Source of the DNA: a virus
Lineage: Duplodnaviria; Caudoviricetes
Reading direction: 5' to 3' (one strand)
Virus record (IMG/VR): IMGVR_UViG_3300025308_000004
Location: 1-50,743 of that record
Length of the DNA stretch: 50,743 bases
Notes under the pieces: generated by a model
Database searches by the model: none
What the model was told of the DNA's origin: nothing
Seen by the model: the letters and a program-made list of their open reading frames with translations, nothing else
Program-made: the position numbers and the translations under genes
Shown: positions 1 to 8,857 of the stretch, one piece after another
Layout: each line of letters begins with the position of its first letter
Numbering within the stretch: position 1 is the stretch's first letter

Positions 1-436
1 ACAACCTGCCGCTGGTCACCGCGCTGCCTGATTTGCCAGCAGCGACTGATGTGCGCTTCTACAACCTGCCGCTGGTCACCGCGCTGCCTGATTTGCCCGC
101 CGCGACTTATGTGTACTTTGACAACCTGCCGCTGGTCACCGCGCTGCCTGATTTGCCAGCAGCGACTGATGTGCGCTTCTACAACCTGCCGCTGGTCACC
201 GCGCTGCCTGATTTGCCCGCCGCGACTTATGTGCGATTCTACAACCTGCCGCTGGTCTCCGCGCTGCCTGATTTGCCCGCCGCGACTTATGTGCGCTTCT
301 ACAACCTGCCGCTGGTCTCCGCGCTGCCTGATTTGCCCGCCGCGACTGATGTGCACTTCTACAACCTGCCGCTGGTCTCCGCGCTGCCTGATTTGCCCGC
401 CGCGACTTATGTGTACTTTGACAACCTGCCGCTGGT
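1..436 (+). repeat. 60-nt tandem repeat, 7 full units plus a partial unit; continues from 50664-50743
   Basis: Unit acaacctgccgctggtc(a/t)ccgcgctgcctgatttgcc...; the sequence lines 1-420 align in register; same unit at the window end. Confidence 0.98.
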
Positions 437-446
437 GAAAAAGTAA
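3..446 (+). CDS. Leucine-rich-repeat protein, C-terminal part (20-aa repeats LPAATxVxFxNLPLVxALPD)
   Basis: Open frame continuous with the ORF starting at 50582 across the junction; LRR-like periodic hydrophobic residues and Asn. Confidence 0.8.
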   Translation, partial: NLPLVTALPDLPAATDVRFYNLPLVTALPDLPAATYVYFDNLPLVTALPDLPAATDVRFYNLPLVTALPDLPAATYVRFYNLPLVSALPDLPAATYVRFYNLPLVSALPDLPAATDVHFYNLPLVSALPDLPAATYVYFDNLPLVKK

Positions 447-578
447 CCAAACACGCCGCGAACCGCTGGGCGTTAAACAGAGGCTGAGTTAAACAGGGGA
501 AACGACTACGTGCGCGGATACCGGGGACTCAGGATGCGAGCTGCGGCTTTAACAGCAGCCTAATCAACTAAGGGGGAT

Positions 579-854
579 GTGATGAAACGAACAATTGAAC
601 AATGGACAAATTGCAATCCGAAGGAAATGGCCTTCCACCAAAGCGAAGCTGCGATTATGTATGCGATTGAGGACGCTAAGTCTGACATACTTGAATTGCA
701 TCGAGAAAATATGCGGCTGCGCAACATTGCAAGAGCTATTGCATATCCACAACGCGGAACCCCAGAAGAATCATATGGCATTATTGATTTTGCCAAAATT
801 CTTCAATCGGCTTACACGGCAGATCAGCTTTGGGTAGAACAAACTGATCGTTAG
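579..854 (+). CDS. Hypothetical phage protein
   Basis: ORF with GGGGG RBS in the rightward gene cluster. Confidence 0.7.
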   Translation: MMKRTIEQWTNCNPKEMAFHQSEAAIMYAIEDAKSDILELHRENMRLRNIARAIAYPQRGTPEESYGIIDFAKILQSAYTADQLWVEQTDR

Positions 855-881
855 TCTCAAACAAACACCAAAAAGGCGGAC

Positions 882-1088
882 ATGGACGAAATCAAATCAC
901 TCTGCGCAGGCAATCAGGAGATGGGCCTGCCGCAATTTCTGGCGCAAGCAAATCCGATGATGGATGCGGTTGATGGTGCGATGGCGCACATGTTCGGCAA
1001 GCCGCAAACAGAGGAAGAGCGCCGATCTGATCTCGAAGCAAAAGAGGATGAATTCATCGCTCGCAAACAAATGGAGGCCGAAAAATGA
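882..1088 (+). CDS. Hypothetical protein
   Basis: ORF, ATGA overlap with next gene. Confidence 0.65.
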   Translation: MDEIKSLCAGNQEMGLPQFLAQANPMMDAVDGAMAHMFGKPQTEEERRSDLEAKEDEFIARKQMEAEK

Positions 1089-1297
1089 ACGATAAACTCT
1101 ACTCCGAATACGGAAATGCAGGCCACAAGTTCCCGCGATCTGTAAAAGAAGCATACGGGCGCGATGAGGCGATAATCGTTCATACAGAAATCGATGACGA
1201 CGAGGATGATGATATATCAAATTTCTACCTCAACTTCTCCTTGGCTGTGTACACCATGGCGGCGGTTGTTATTATGGCGTTGTGGTGGAGGCCATAA
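1085..1297 (+). CDS. Hypothetical protein with C-terminal TM segment
   Basis: ORF, coupled start/stop, hydrophobic C-terminus. Confidence 0.65.
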   Translation: MNDKLYSEYGNAGHKFPRSVKEAYGRDEAIIVHTEIDDDEDDDISNFYLNFSLAVYTMAAVVIMALWWRP

Positions 1298-1653
1298 TGG
1301 CAATGAATAAAGCAGAAAAGGAAGCAATGGAGTCGGCATTAACCGCTGCGGCCCTACGAACAACAAGCGACGTTTTCCCTGACGTAATTCCGCCAGACAA
1401 TACTAGCAACAGGCTATCTACCGGATTTATTACAGTAGGTTCTATGAGTGATTCGGCTAGGGTTGATACAGCTTGTTCTTCATCAATAGGTCACGGAATT
1501 GGTCGCACAGATAAAACTACTTCGCAAGGAAGTAGGCGCTTATATTCTTCGCGAATCCTTGCGCTTCGTGCGCTTCGTAGGGAAGTCGAAAATGATTGCG
1601 CAAACAGACTGCGCAGGATTGACCGCATGATTGAAGGGGAAATAAAGCCATGA
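1297..1653 (+). CDS. Hypothetical phage protein
   Basis: GGAGG RBS, TAATG overlap with upstream gene. Confidence 0.7.
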   Translation: MAMNKAEKEAMESALTAAALRTTSDVFPDVIPPDNTSNRLSTGFITVGSMSDSARVDTACSSSIGHGIGRTDKTTSQGSRRLYSSRILALRALRREVENDCANRLRRIDRMIEGEIKP

Positions 1654-1784
1654 AGCCGCAGCGCATGGGCAAGGTGGGCGAAGGCCGCCTGTCGGCAATC
1701 GAGGATGCGGCGGGGCCGCGCTACACCGCGCTGGTGCTGATCGTGCTGATGCTGGCTTATGGGATTGTTGGAACGCTGGAGTAA
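1650..1784 (+). CDS. Small membrane protein (44 aa), not in the ORF track
   Basis: ATGA overlap; MKPQRMG...LVLIVLMLAYGIVGTLE. Confidence 0.55.
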   Translation: MKPQRMGKVGEGRLSAIEDAAGPRYTALVLIVLMLAYGIVGTLE

Positions 1785-1793
1785 AAAAAGGAG

Positions 1794-1822
1794 TTGCGCA
1801 AATTGTTGAATGGCTTTATTGT
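1794..1822 (+). promoter_or_regulatory. Sigma70-like promoter TTGCGC-17-TATTGT
   Basis: Consensus similarity and 17-nt spacing, directly ahead of a structured leader. Confidence 0.5.
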
Positions 1823-1829
1823 TTCACCA

Positions 1830-1999
1830 GCAGCAATTGGATTTGGAACATCCAATGCAGCGGTAAATGATAGGAAAAGCATAAGGCCCGATTTAGTCGC
1901 GGCTCTGTGTCAACCAAGGCAAAAGTCTTTTCCTATCGAATTCCGCCTTGTTAGACGTTCCAACAGAGTCGCAACTAAACGGGCTTTTTCTATTGCTGC
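1830..1999 (+). ncRNA. c4-like structured regulatory RNA/attenuator
   Basis: Hairpin ATTGGAT-TTGGAAC-ATCCAAT (1836-1856); long hairpin 1883-1988 containing the complementary GTTCCAA (1957-1963) and ending in a T run. Confidence 0.55.
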
Positions 2000-2293
2000 C
2001 GTACTCCAGACGTACCAAGCGCGAAAGTCGGCGGCGTGGAGAACAGACGAACGAAAGCATTTCAGCATAGGCATGGCCTGTTGTGACGCGAGCCAACGCG
2101 CACAGAAGGCGACAGCAAACGGGGTTATATATGCGGATACTGGTTCGCATAGAAGGGCAGTAGCAGATTCTGATTAATCTGATGTTGCAGTAGAGTGAAA
2201 TGTAGGAACAGGCTAAAGAACTGGTAAGGCGTGAGAGGGATAACCCCAACACATGCATTAGGCATTGTATCGCCCAAAATAAAGGAGATTGAA

Positions 2294-2473
2294 ATGCGTT
2301 TTATCAAAATGATGGCATCTACATTTTTTGCTTGTGCGGGTGTTGCAGTTGGAGGATACATGGCTGGCAACACAGCAACTGAAATTATTGTCAAATGTTT
2401 CTTTCTGTCGATTGGCATGTTTTACATGTACTTTCTTTGCACTAAAGGAATTTTGAAACCGAAAGGAGATTGA
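2294..2473 (+). CDS. Small AT-rich membrane protein
   Basis: AAGGAG RBS, two hydrophobic segments, flanked by identical 16-nt repeats. Confidence 0.6.
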   Translation: MRFIKMMASTFFACAGVAVGGYMAGNTATEIIVKCFFLSIGMFYMYFLCTKGILKPKGD

Positions 2474-2474
2474 A

Positions 2475-3017
2475 ATGAACGCCAAACAACTATACCTCGA
2501 AGACGGCAAGCCTGCCGGCGTGTACTGGTGCGAGAAGTGCAAGCGCGTACACAGCACCGAGAATCAGGCGAACGAGTGCTGCCAGCCGTGGGTATGCAAG
2601 AGTTGCGGCGAGGCCTGCGCGGAGTTCCGCACAATCTGCGATGCATGTATTGATAAGCGCGAGGCAGAAAAAGAGCGCGATTTGTTCGACAAGGCCGAAA
2701 AACTAACGTCATGGGGAGGACCGATATTCTACTTCGATAAATACTACTGCGATGTAGATACTTTCCTAGATGATCTTCCGCCAGAATTTTTACCTGAATA
2801 CGTATGGGCGACTAATCCTGTTCAGTTCGTGCATCTGAATGCCGACTCGATAACAGAATCCGTGCTGGATGATGCCTACGAAGATTTCGACCTTCAAGAT
2901 TTGCGCGGGATGGTTGAATTGCAAAAGGCCGTCACCGCATTCAACGAAGCCAACGCGCACCATGTAGCATATTACCCAGACTACACTCTGGCCGTGTTAA
3001 TCGTCGAAGAGGATTAA
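2475..3017 (+). CDS. Hypothetical protein with N-terminal Cys (Zn-binding) motifs
   Basis: AAGGAG RBS; several CxxC motifs. Confidence 0.75.
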   Translation: MNAKQLYLEDGKPAGVYWCEKCKRVHSTENQANECCQPWVCKSCGEACAEFRTICDACIDKREAEKERDLFDKAEKLTSWGGPIFYFDKYYCDVDTFLDDLPPEFLPEYVWATNPVQFVHLNADSITESVLDDAYEDFDLQDLRGMVELQKAVTAFNEANAHHVAYYPDYTLAVLIVEED

Positions 3018-3018
3018 A

Positions 3019-3177
3019 ATGAACTGGCTGACCAACATCGACCGCATGGCTGACAACGCACAACGCGCACGCTGCCACATCGCCGGGCTGGTATCGCACC
3101 ACATCCGCAGCATGGCGCAACTCAGGCGTGATCGGGCGGCGGAGAAATTGAGTAAACAACAAGGGGAAAGAAAATGA
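3019..3177 (+). CDS. Hypothetical protein (52 aa), not in the ORF track
   Basis: GAGG RBS, stop overlaps the bet start (ATGA). Confidence 0.5.
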   Translation: MNWLTNIDRMADNAQRARCHIAGLVSHHIRSMAQLRRDRAAEKLSKQQGERK

Positions 3178-4046
3178 GCAAGCAAGAAAACAGTATGCAG
3201 CTTATCCGCAAGGAATCGGCGCTGCCAGCGATGACAATGAACGAGGATGAACTTATCAACATCCTGCGCAACAGCCTGTATCCAGGAGCGCAGACGGATT
3301 CAATCAAGATGGTTCTAGGGTATTGCCAAGCTGCCGGCCTAGACCCAATGCAGAAGCCCGTCCACATCGTTCCAATCTACGACGGCAAGCTGAAAGTGAT
3401 GCGCGACGTGGTGATGCCCGGCATCGGCCTGTACCGCACCCAGATGTCTCGCACCGGGCAATGCGCTGGAGTGACCGAGCCAGAGTTCGGAGAAGACAGA
3501 ACCGAAAAGCTTGGCGGGTTTGAGATTACCTATCCGGTATCTTGCAAGGTGATCGTCAAGCGCATATTACCGAACGGCGCTATCGCAGAATACGCGGCGA
3601 CCGAGCGATGGAAAGAAAACTACGCGATGAAAGGCGGCGCGGAAAAGAGCATCGCTCCAAACGCCATGTGGACAAAGCGCCCGTATGCCCAGCTTGCTAA
3701 GTGTGCAGAGGCACAGGCACTGCGCAAGGCATTCCCAGAACTTGGTTCAGCACCGACCGCCGACGAAATGGAAGGCAAGGAATTCGACACCCCGATGGTC
3801 GATACATGTTCTCGCGAAACGAAGCCAGAGCGACCTACCATAACCATCGAAGTATTGCTTGATAAGCACACAATCGACGTAATCAACGCGGATGGCGTAG
3901 TCACCAAGTTCAGCACCAAGAGCAAGGTACAGAACGGCGACGGCACGGCGCAGGGCGTAATCGACTTCCTTTCGGCGAAGTACATTTTGCCGACTGAGGT
4001 GATCGAGGAAATCCAATCTTGGGAACAGAAAGGCGGTGCGCAATGA
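3174..4046 (+). CDS. bet: Phage recombination (ssDNA annealing) protein, Bet/RecT family
   Basis: YCQAAGLDPMQKPVHIVP, GIGLYR and MWTKRPYAQLAKCAEAQALRKAFP motifs; adjacent exonuclease. Confidence 0.9.
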   Translation: MSKQENSMQLIRKESALPAMTMNEDELINILRNSLYPGAQTDSIKMVLGYCQAAGLDPMQKPVHIVPIYDGKLKVMRDVVMPGIGLYRTQMSRTGQCAGVTEPEFGEDRTEKLGGFEITYPVSCKVIVKRILPNGAIAEYAATERWKENYAMKGGAEKSIAPNAMWTKRPYAQLAKCAEAQALRKAFPELGSAPTADEMEGKEFDTPMVDTCSRETKPERPTITIEVLLDKHTIDVINADGVVTKFSTKSKVQNGDGTAQGVIDFLSAKYILPTEVIEEIQSWEQKGGAQ

Positions 4047-5713
4047 GAATCATCAGTGGATTGGTGCAGGGCAGCGATGAATGGATAAAGCTTCGCGCCG
4101 GATACTTCACGGCATCGGAAGCGCCGGCAATGCTGGGCCTGTCTAAATATAAGGCGAGGGCCGCTCTGGTGCGCGAGAAGGCAACCGGTATCGTGCCTGA
4201 AGTCGATTCCGCCACGCAGCGCCGTTTTGACGATGGGCATGCGGCCGAAGAGAAAATGCGCGCATGGGCCGAGAATTACATCTGTGACGACCTATATCCG
4301 GTGGTCGGCGTGTATACGATCAGCGGCCTGCCGCTGCTGAGCAGCTTCGACGGCCTGACGATGGACGGGAAAACAGCTTGGGAAAACAAGCTCTGGAATG
4401 AGGGATTCGCTGAACAGGTTCGCAACGGAATCGTCCCTGATACCCATTGGCCGCAACTCGAACAGCAATTGCTTATTTCCGGTGCAGACTATGTTCTGTT
4501 CACAGTCGGCGACGGCGAGAACGCTGAACCTCTGGAGTATCGAGGCTTGCCCGAGCGGCGCGAACGCTTGCTGGCCGGGTGGGCGCAGTTCGCTGCCGAT
4601 GTTCTGGAGTACCAGCGCAAGCTGGCCGCTGGCGAGATCGAACAGCCGAAGGAAGCGCCCAAGGCCGAGACAATCAAGGCGCTGCCGTCCGTGTTTGTTC
4701 AGGCGACCGGCATGGTGACTGCATCCAATCTGTCCGAGTTCAAGGAAGCGGCCACGACGTTCATCGCCGGGATCAAGACTGAGCTTGTTTGCGATCAGGA
4801 CTTCGCCGACGCCGAATCTACAGTTAAATTCTGCAAGGATGCCGAATCGAACTTGGAAGCCACCAAGGCCAGCGTACTCGCGCAGATGTCCACCGTTGAC
4901 GAAGTTGTGCGTACGCTTGACCACATCGCCGCTCAGCTTCGCGACAAGCGGCTGATGCTGGATAAGTTGGTGAAGTCGGAAAAGGAAACGCGCAAGCTGG
5001 CAATCGTCACCAAGGCCGGGAACGATTTCGCTGCGCATGTCGAATCGCTCGAAGCTGAAACAAAACCGATCCGGCTTGTTCTTGTGCGGCCTGATTTCGC
5101 CGGCGCGATCAAGGGAATGAAAAAGCTGTCGGCCATGCAAGAGGCGGTCGATACAGCGCTGCGTGATGGAAAATTTTCCGCCGACCAATCGGCAAAAGAC
5201 GTGCGCGAAAAGCTCGCATGGTGCAAAGAGTTATCGGTTGGTTACGGCTTCCTATTCTCCGACCTGTCGCAGCTCATTGCCAATAACGGCATGGAGGCAT
5301 TCCAAGCGATTGTTACCGGTCGAATCGACAAGCACAAGGTGGATGAAGCCGCGAAGGCTGAAGAGCAGCGGGCAGCAATACAGGCCGAGGAAGAGCGCAA
5401 AGCCACCGCCAAGGCGCAAGCGGAAGCCGAGGCTATCATTGCCGCAGAACGGGCAAAGCAGGCGGAGGAACAAGCCAAGGCGCGTGCCGAAGCCGTAGCG
5501 ATGGCGAACCGTGAGCAGCAAGCAGCGCAAGAGCGCACAGAGAACAACCCCAAGAGCGAAGCCGTCACGCATGACGGGGCGCGGCCTTCTGTTGTGCCGC
5601 AGCGCCCGACCGACAAAGAGATCATCGCCGCACTTGCCGAGACGTTCAACGTACCACGCGAAACGGTAGTTGATTGGCTGATGAATATCAGCTTCGCCTC
5701 AGTAGAACAATAA
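4043..5713 (+). CDS. YqaJ-like/lambda-Exo family nuclease with long coiled-coil C-terminus
   Basis: QGSDEW..LR...FTASEAPAMLG, SFDG, WENK, WPQLEQQL motifs; coupled to bet. Confidence 0.88.
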   Translation: MRIISGLVQGSDEWIKLRAGYFTASEAPAMLGLSKYKARAALVREKATGIVPEVDSATQRRFDDGHAAEEKMRAWAENYICDDLYPVVGVYTISGLPLLSSFDGLTMDGKTAWENKLWNEGFAEQVRNGIVPDTHWPQLEQQLLISGADYVLFTVGDGENAEPLEYRGLPERRERLLAGWAQFAADVLEYQRKLAAGEIEQPKEAPKAETIKALPSVFVQATGMVTASNLSEFKEAATTFIAGIKTELVCDQDFADAESTVKFCKDAESNLEATKASVLAQMSTVDEVVRTLDHIAAQLRDKRLMLDKLVKSEKETRKLAIVTKAGNDFAAHVESLEAETKPIRLVLVRPDFAGAIKGMKKLSAMQEAVDTALRDGKFSADQSAKDVREKLAWCKELSVGYGFLFSDLSQLIANNGMEAFQAIVTGRIDKHKVDEAAKAEEQRAAIQAEEERKATAKAQAEAEAIIAAERAKQAEEQAKARAEAVAMANREQQAAQERTENNPKSEAVTHDGARPSVVPQRPTDKEIIAALAETFNVPRETVVDWLMNISFASVEQ

Positions 5714-5741
5714 CCGCATCACATTCGCATAAGGAAAAACT

Positions 5742-6335
5742 ATGACTAACATCATCAAATCAGTTCGAGATTTTACGCAGGCAATTGGCTGTACTACTGA
5801 CAGCTTCAACGTGCGCCAGACTGCTTTATACACAGGACTGCAAACTGAGGAATTTTGCGAGAAGATTCAATCTTTGCTTGATGGGTTTGAAGTTAACTCT
5901 GAAACCTGTACTTCGACCATGCGCTTAATGCACTTGCGCGATGTTTTGTGCGATATACAGCACGGCATGAAGTCTGGTGAGTTTGATAATGCATTCAAAA
6001 CTGTAGACCGCGCAGCCATGCTAGATGCCGACGTTGATCTAGCTTGGGTAACTATCGGCTCCATGATTTCCCAAGGCGCAGACGTTGAAGGCGCATGTGG
6101 TGAAGTATCTCGGGCGAATATGAGCAAGCTGGTACGATGCCAATGTACAGACAATTGGCCTTTAAACTTCGATGGTGCGCAAGACAGGAATTGCCCAGCA
6201 TGCAACGGACTAGGCCTTGTCGCAATCAAGGATAATAACGGCAAGGTGAAGAAGCCGGAAGGCTGGATTCCGCCGAACATCGAGCCGTTCATCGCCGACC
6301 GAATGGCAGAGACAACAGATAGCGACAAGTATTAA
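5742..6335 (+). CDS. MazG-like/PRA-PH nucleoside triphosphate pyrophosphohydrolase with a Cys-rich insert
   Basis: EEFCE, LDADVDLAWV, EVSRANMSK and GKVKKPEGWIPP motifs. Confidence 0.8.
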   Translation: MTNIIKSVRDFTQAIGCTTDSFNVRQTALYTGLQTEEFCEKIQSLLDGFEVNSETCTSTMRLMHLRDVLCDIQHGMKSGEFDNAFKTVDRAAMLDADVDLAWVTIGSMISQGADVEGACGEVSRANMSKLVRCQCTDNWPLNFDGAQDRNCPACNGLGLVAIKDNNGKVKKPEGWIPPNIEPFIADRMAETTDSDKY

Positions 6336-6337
6336 CA

Positions 6338-6583
6338 ATGAGCCTCGCCGACGACCTTGCGCAAGCGTCCGGATTCAACCCAGCAGAGTTCTATCGGCCA
6401 ACCATTGCGAAAGTTGACCGTACGATTTGCACAAAATGTTGTAAGCATCCTCGCGCATATGGGCAAAGCCTCTGCAAATCATGCAACGCTGCTCGGGCAA
6501 AAGAATACTGGCATCGCAGAAAAATACCAGGAATGGTTCGCAAATACACGAAGAAAAAAGGTGAAGATAATGCCACTCTTTGA
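6338..6583 (+). CDS. Small basic Zn-finger protein
   Basis: Two CxxC pairs; tight operon packing. Confidence 0.6.
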   Translation: MSLADDLAQASGFNPAEFYRPTIAKVDRTICTKCCKHPRAYGQSLCKSCNAARAKEYWHRRKIPGMVRKYTKKKGEDNATL

Positions 6584-6719
6584 GTGCTTCACCAAAGGAA
6601 TACAATTGATCGAAGCCGACAACGCAGACGAAGCACGCAAGTTGTTTGCCGAACTTGTTTTGTCTGAGCCGACATCAGGCCATATCGCAGCAATTGAAAC
6701 CGAAGGAGACGAAGAATGA
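6570..6719 (+). CDS. Hypothetical protein (49 aa)
   Basis: AGGT RBS-like, ATGA overlap downstream. Confidence 0.5.
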   Translation: MPLFECFTKGIQLIEADNADEARKLFAELVLSEPTSGHIAAIETEGDEE

Positions 6720-6922
6720 ACGTACGCGAAATAGTGATAACGCACCTCAAGTCAGGCGGATTTGACGGGCTGTGCTGCGATGGATGCGACTGCGGGCTGG
6801 ATGACCTGATGGCGTGCGAATGCTTTGTTGATGTAATTGAGTGCGTACCAGCAAATCTTTGCGCTGGTGGCGTGTACAGACCAGCTGAAACACATCCAAA
6901 CGAAGAGGAAACGCATCTATGA
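6716..6922 (+). CDS. Small Cys-rich protein
   Basis: GFDGLCC..CDCGLDDL..C pattern; coupled start/stop. Confidence 0.65.
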   Translation: MNVREIVITHLKSGGFDGLCCDGCDCGLDDLMACECFVDVIECVPANLCAGGVYRPAETHPNEEETHL

Positions 6923-7104
6923 CCGACTACATCGAAGCCATGCTGGAAGCCAAACGACTCCTGAAAGTTGCAGAGGATTCCGCCATGAAGAAAGACTACG
7001 ACGGGGCATACAAGGCTATCAAGCTGATGGATACCCAGCAGCATCGGATGCTAAATTGGTTCTGGAAAGAAATGGCAGATGCCGAGCCTGTCAACACGAA
7101 ATAA
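6919..7104 (+). CDS. Hypothetical protein
   Basis: ORF with coupled start. Confidence 0.6.
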   Translation: MTDYIEAMLEAKRLLKVAEDSAMKKDYDGAYKAIKLMDTQQHRMLNWFWKEMADAEPVNTK

Positions 7105-7107
7105 CTA

Positions 7108-7308
7108 ATGGAGAAAATTATGGACGTAAGCAGGCAGGAAGAAATTATCGCAACACTCTGGATTATTGCTGCGGTAAATGCATTCGGCAACGGATTCACA
7201 GAATGGGGATTTGCCTTCGCAATCAAAGGTGCGCTAGATACAGCGATGTCGCTTTATTTTGCGGTAAAAGAAATTATCGAAGAGCACAAATTCGGCCAGA
7301 ATAAATAA
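7108..7308 (+). CDS. Hypothetical membrane protein
   Basis: ORF with hydrophobic segments. Confidence 0.55.
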   Translation: MEKIMDVSRQEEIIATLWIIAAVNAFGNGFTEWGFAFAIKGALDTAMSLYFAVKEIIEEHKFGQNK

Positions 7309-7416
7309 AGCGCATACACCTAAAGTGTTACGTGGTACCCACCCGAACGGGTTATAGCATGGCCGGTAAAACGCTGGCATGATTCGTACATCACCAACAA
7401 CATCGGAGACTAACAA

Positions 7417-7604
7417 ATGAAAACTGCCGCAATCTATGTAGTTCAATCTTAACGGCTGGTGCATTCCTGTTTGCTGTTATCTATGGAGTACGCCTATTCT
7501 CGAATGCAACTACGCCGCTTACTCTGCACACTCCGAAGCATGGGGTAACGTGCGCTGCTATGGTTACCAGTGACGGTGCAGCCATTAGCTGCTGGAAGGA
7601 TTAA
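7417..7604 (+). pseudogene. Frameshifted small membrane-anchored protein gene (or assembly indel)
   Basis: GGAG RBS and ATG at 7417; adding one base near 7441 gives a 62-aa ORF ending ...GVTCAAMVTSDGAAISCWKD just before the next gene. Confidence 0.55.
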
Positions 7605-7607
7605 CAA

Positions 7608-8036
7608 ATGAGTGAAATTAAAACACGCGCCGATATTCTTATCGAAGCCGGAAACAGTATTAAGATGCAGGATGCAATGGGCATTGATCCTGTTGTAAAA
7701 ATATATGGCGAAGAATGGCCTATAAGAGACTGCGACTTCAATATCCACGATATACAAGAGTCAACTTACGAATTTCCTCTCGCGGTTGTCGAAGGCAAGC
7801 CGGTGTTTACTGGCGATGAGCTGTACAATTCGGACGGATACGGCTCGTGCATTGTAGATTCGACTTGGGATCATAAAAGCAAATATTGGAGTAATCACTC
7901 ATGGAATCCGCCAAAGCCAGCGACCGTGATGGTGGAGATTCTGCGAGAGGATGCTGATGTTTTAGCTAATTTTTACGCCAAAGACATGACCGGAAAATTT
8001 GGAAGAATATTGGAGGCATGCCGCAAAGCTCTGTAG
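7608..8036 (+). CDS. Hypothetical phage protein
   Basis: AAGGA RBS; 142-aa ORF. Confidence 0.7.
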   Translation: MSEIKTRADILIEAGNSIKMQDAMGIDPVVKIYGEEWPIRDCDFNIHDIQESTYEFPLAVVEGKPVFTGDELYNSDGYGSCIVDSTWDHKSKYWSNHSWNPPKPATVMVEILREDADVLANFYAKDMTGKFGRILEACRKAL

Positions 8037-8044
8037 TCCGACAA

Positions 8045-8254
8045 ATGACCAACATATCTATCACAGACCATGCAATCCTAATGTGCCAGCTCGCAGAGTA
8101 CCAGGACGATCTCGACGCATCGGTTGACAATGCCACGATCGAATACCTACACGCTCAAGAGATAGCGCGAAACAAACTTGAAACTCTGCGGCAGGCTATA
8201 GACAAGCGCAATGTGATGACGGCTGCGCGGAAAATAGTGGGGAATCGTGAATGA
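8045..8254 (+). CDS. Hypothetical protein
   Basis: ORF in operon. Confidence 0.55.
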   Translation: MTNISITDHAILMCQLAEYQDDLDASVDNATIEYLHAQEIARNKLETLRQAIDKRNVMTAARKIVGNRE

Positions 8255-8544
8255 ACATTCTACGCAGAATGATGCTGCATCCGCTGCGCAGTCGCCACAA
8301 CCCGTTGACCCGGATTGCCCTTGGATTCACCCTGTTTGCGCTCGCTATGGGTGTGGGAGGTGTGATGTTGGAATTGCACGAGCGCGGGGAAAGGCTCGGA
8401 GAGCTGAGCATGAGCAGCGCAGCGGACAGGAAGATGATCGCTGAGCTCGGGAAGTTCGTCGAGGGGGAGGTGAAGCTGGTTGAGGTTACGGGGAAGTATG
8501 CCGTTGTGCGCTCGGTGGGTAGAATGACTTATGAGGTGAAATGA
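8251..8544 (+). CDS. Hypothetical membrane-anchored protein
   Basis: Coupled start/stop, one TM segment. Confidence 0.6.
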   Translation: MNILRRMMLHPLRSRHNPLTRIALGFTLFALAMGVGGVMLELHERGERLGELSMSSAADRKMIAELGKFVEGEVKLVEVTGKYAVVRSVGRMTYEVK

Positions 8545-8822
8545 TGAATATTATTTGTAGAACGATTCGTCGTTTGCGCGGTCTTGCCATTCCGAGTGAG
8601 GTAGTCTGTCGTCCGAAACGAATGAGGCTGAAAATCTTTCTTCGCGGAGACGCTATCCCGATTTCAAGATTGCAAATCGGAGAACACAGCATACAGGTCG
8701 CACGTGACTTTATTGCTGCCGTAAATTCTGGCACTCGTGAATGGTGGAAGGCGGAAAACGAACAGATACACTTAGCAGATGTGGTGTATATCTCGTTTGT
8801 TGAAGAAACTGTGACTGAGTGA
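8541..8822 (+). CDS. Hypothetical protein
   Basis: GAGG RBS, ATGA overlap. Confidence 0.55.
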   Translation: MMNIICRTIRRLRGLAIPSEVVCRPKRMRLKIFLRGDAIPISRLQIGEHSIQVARDFIAAVNSGTREWWKAENEQIHLADVVYISFVEETVTE

Positions 8823-8857
8823 ATGGCGCACCGACCGGTTGCGGAAGCAATACTTAA

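Noticed and set aside
1-436. 60-nt repeats as a CRISPR array or DGR template/variable repeat
   Set aside because: No unique spacers; repeats are in-frame coding; variation is not adenine-specific and no reverse transcriptase is recognisable
447-560. Possible tRNA or other known RNA gene in intergenic gaps (also 7310-7410, 50160-50350)
   Set aside because: No cloverleaf or T-loop consensus seen by eye; tRNAscan-SE/Infernal would be needed to exclude fully
1794-2177. 127-aa ORF
   Set aside because: Its TTG start is the predicted -35 box and it runs through the structured leader; likely spurious
3620-5649. Long minus-strand ORFs opposite bet and the exonuclease
   Set aside because: Antisense shadows of well-supported genes, with no motifs
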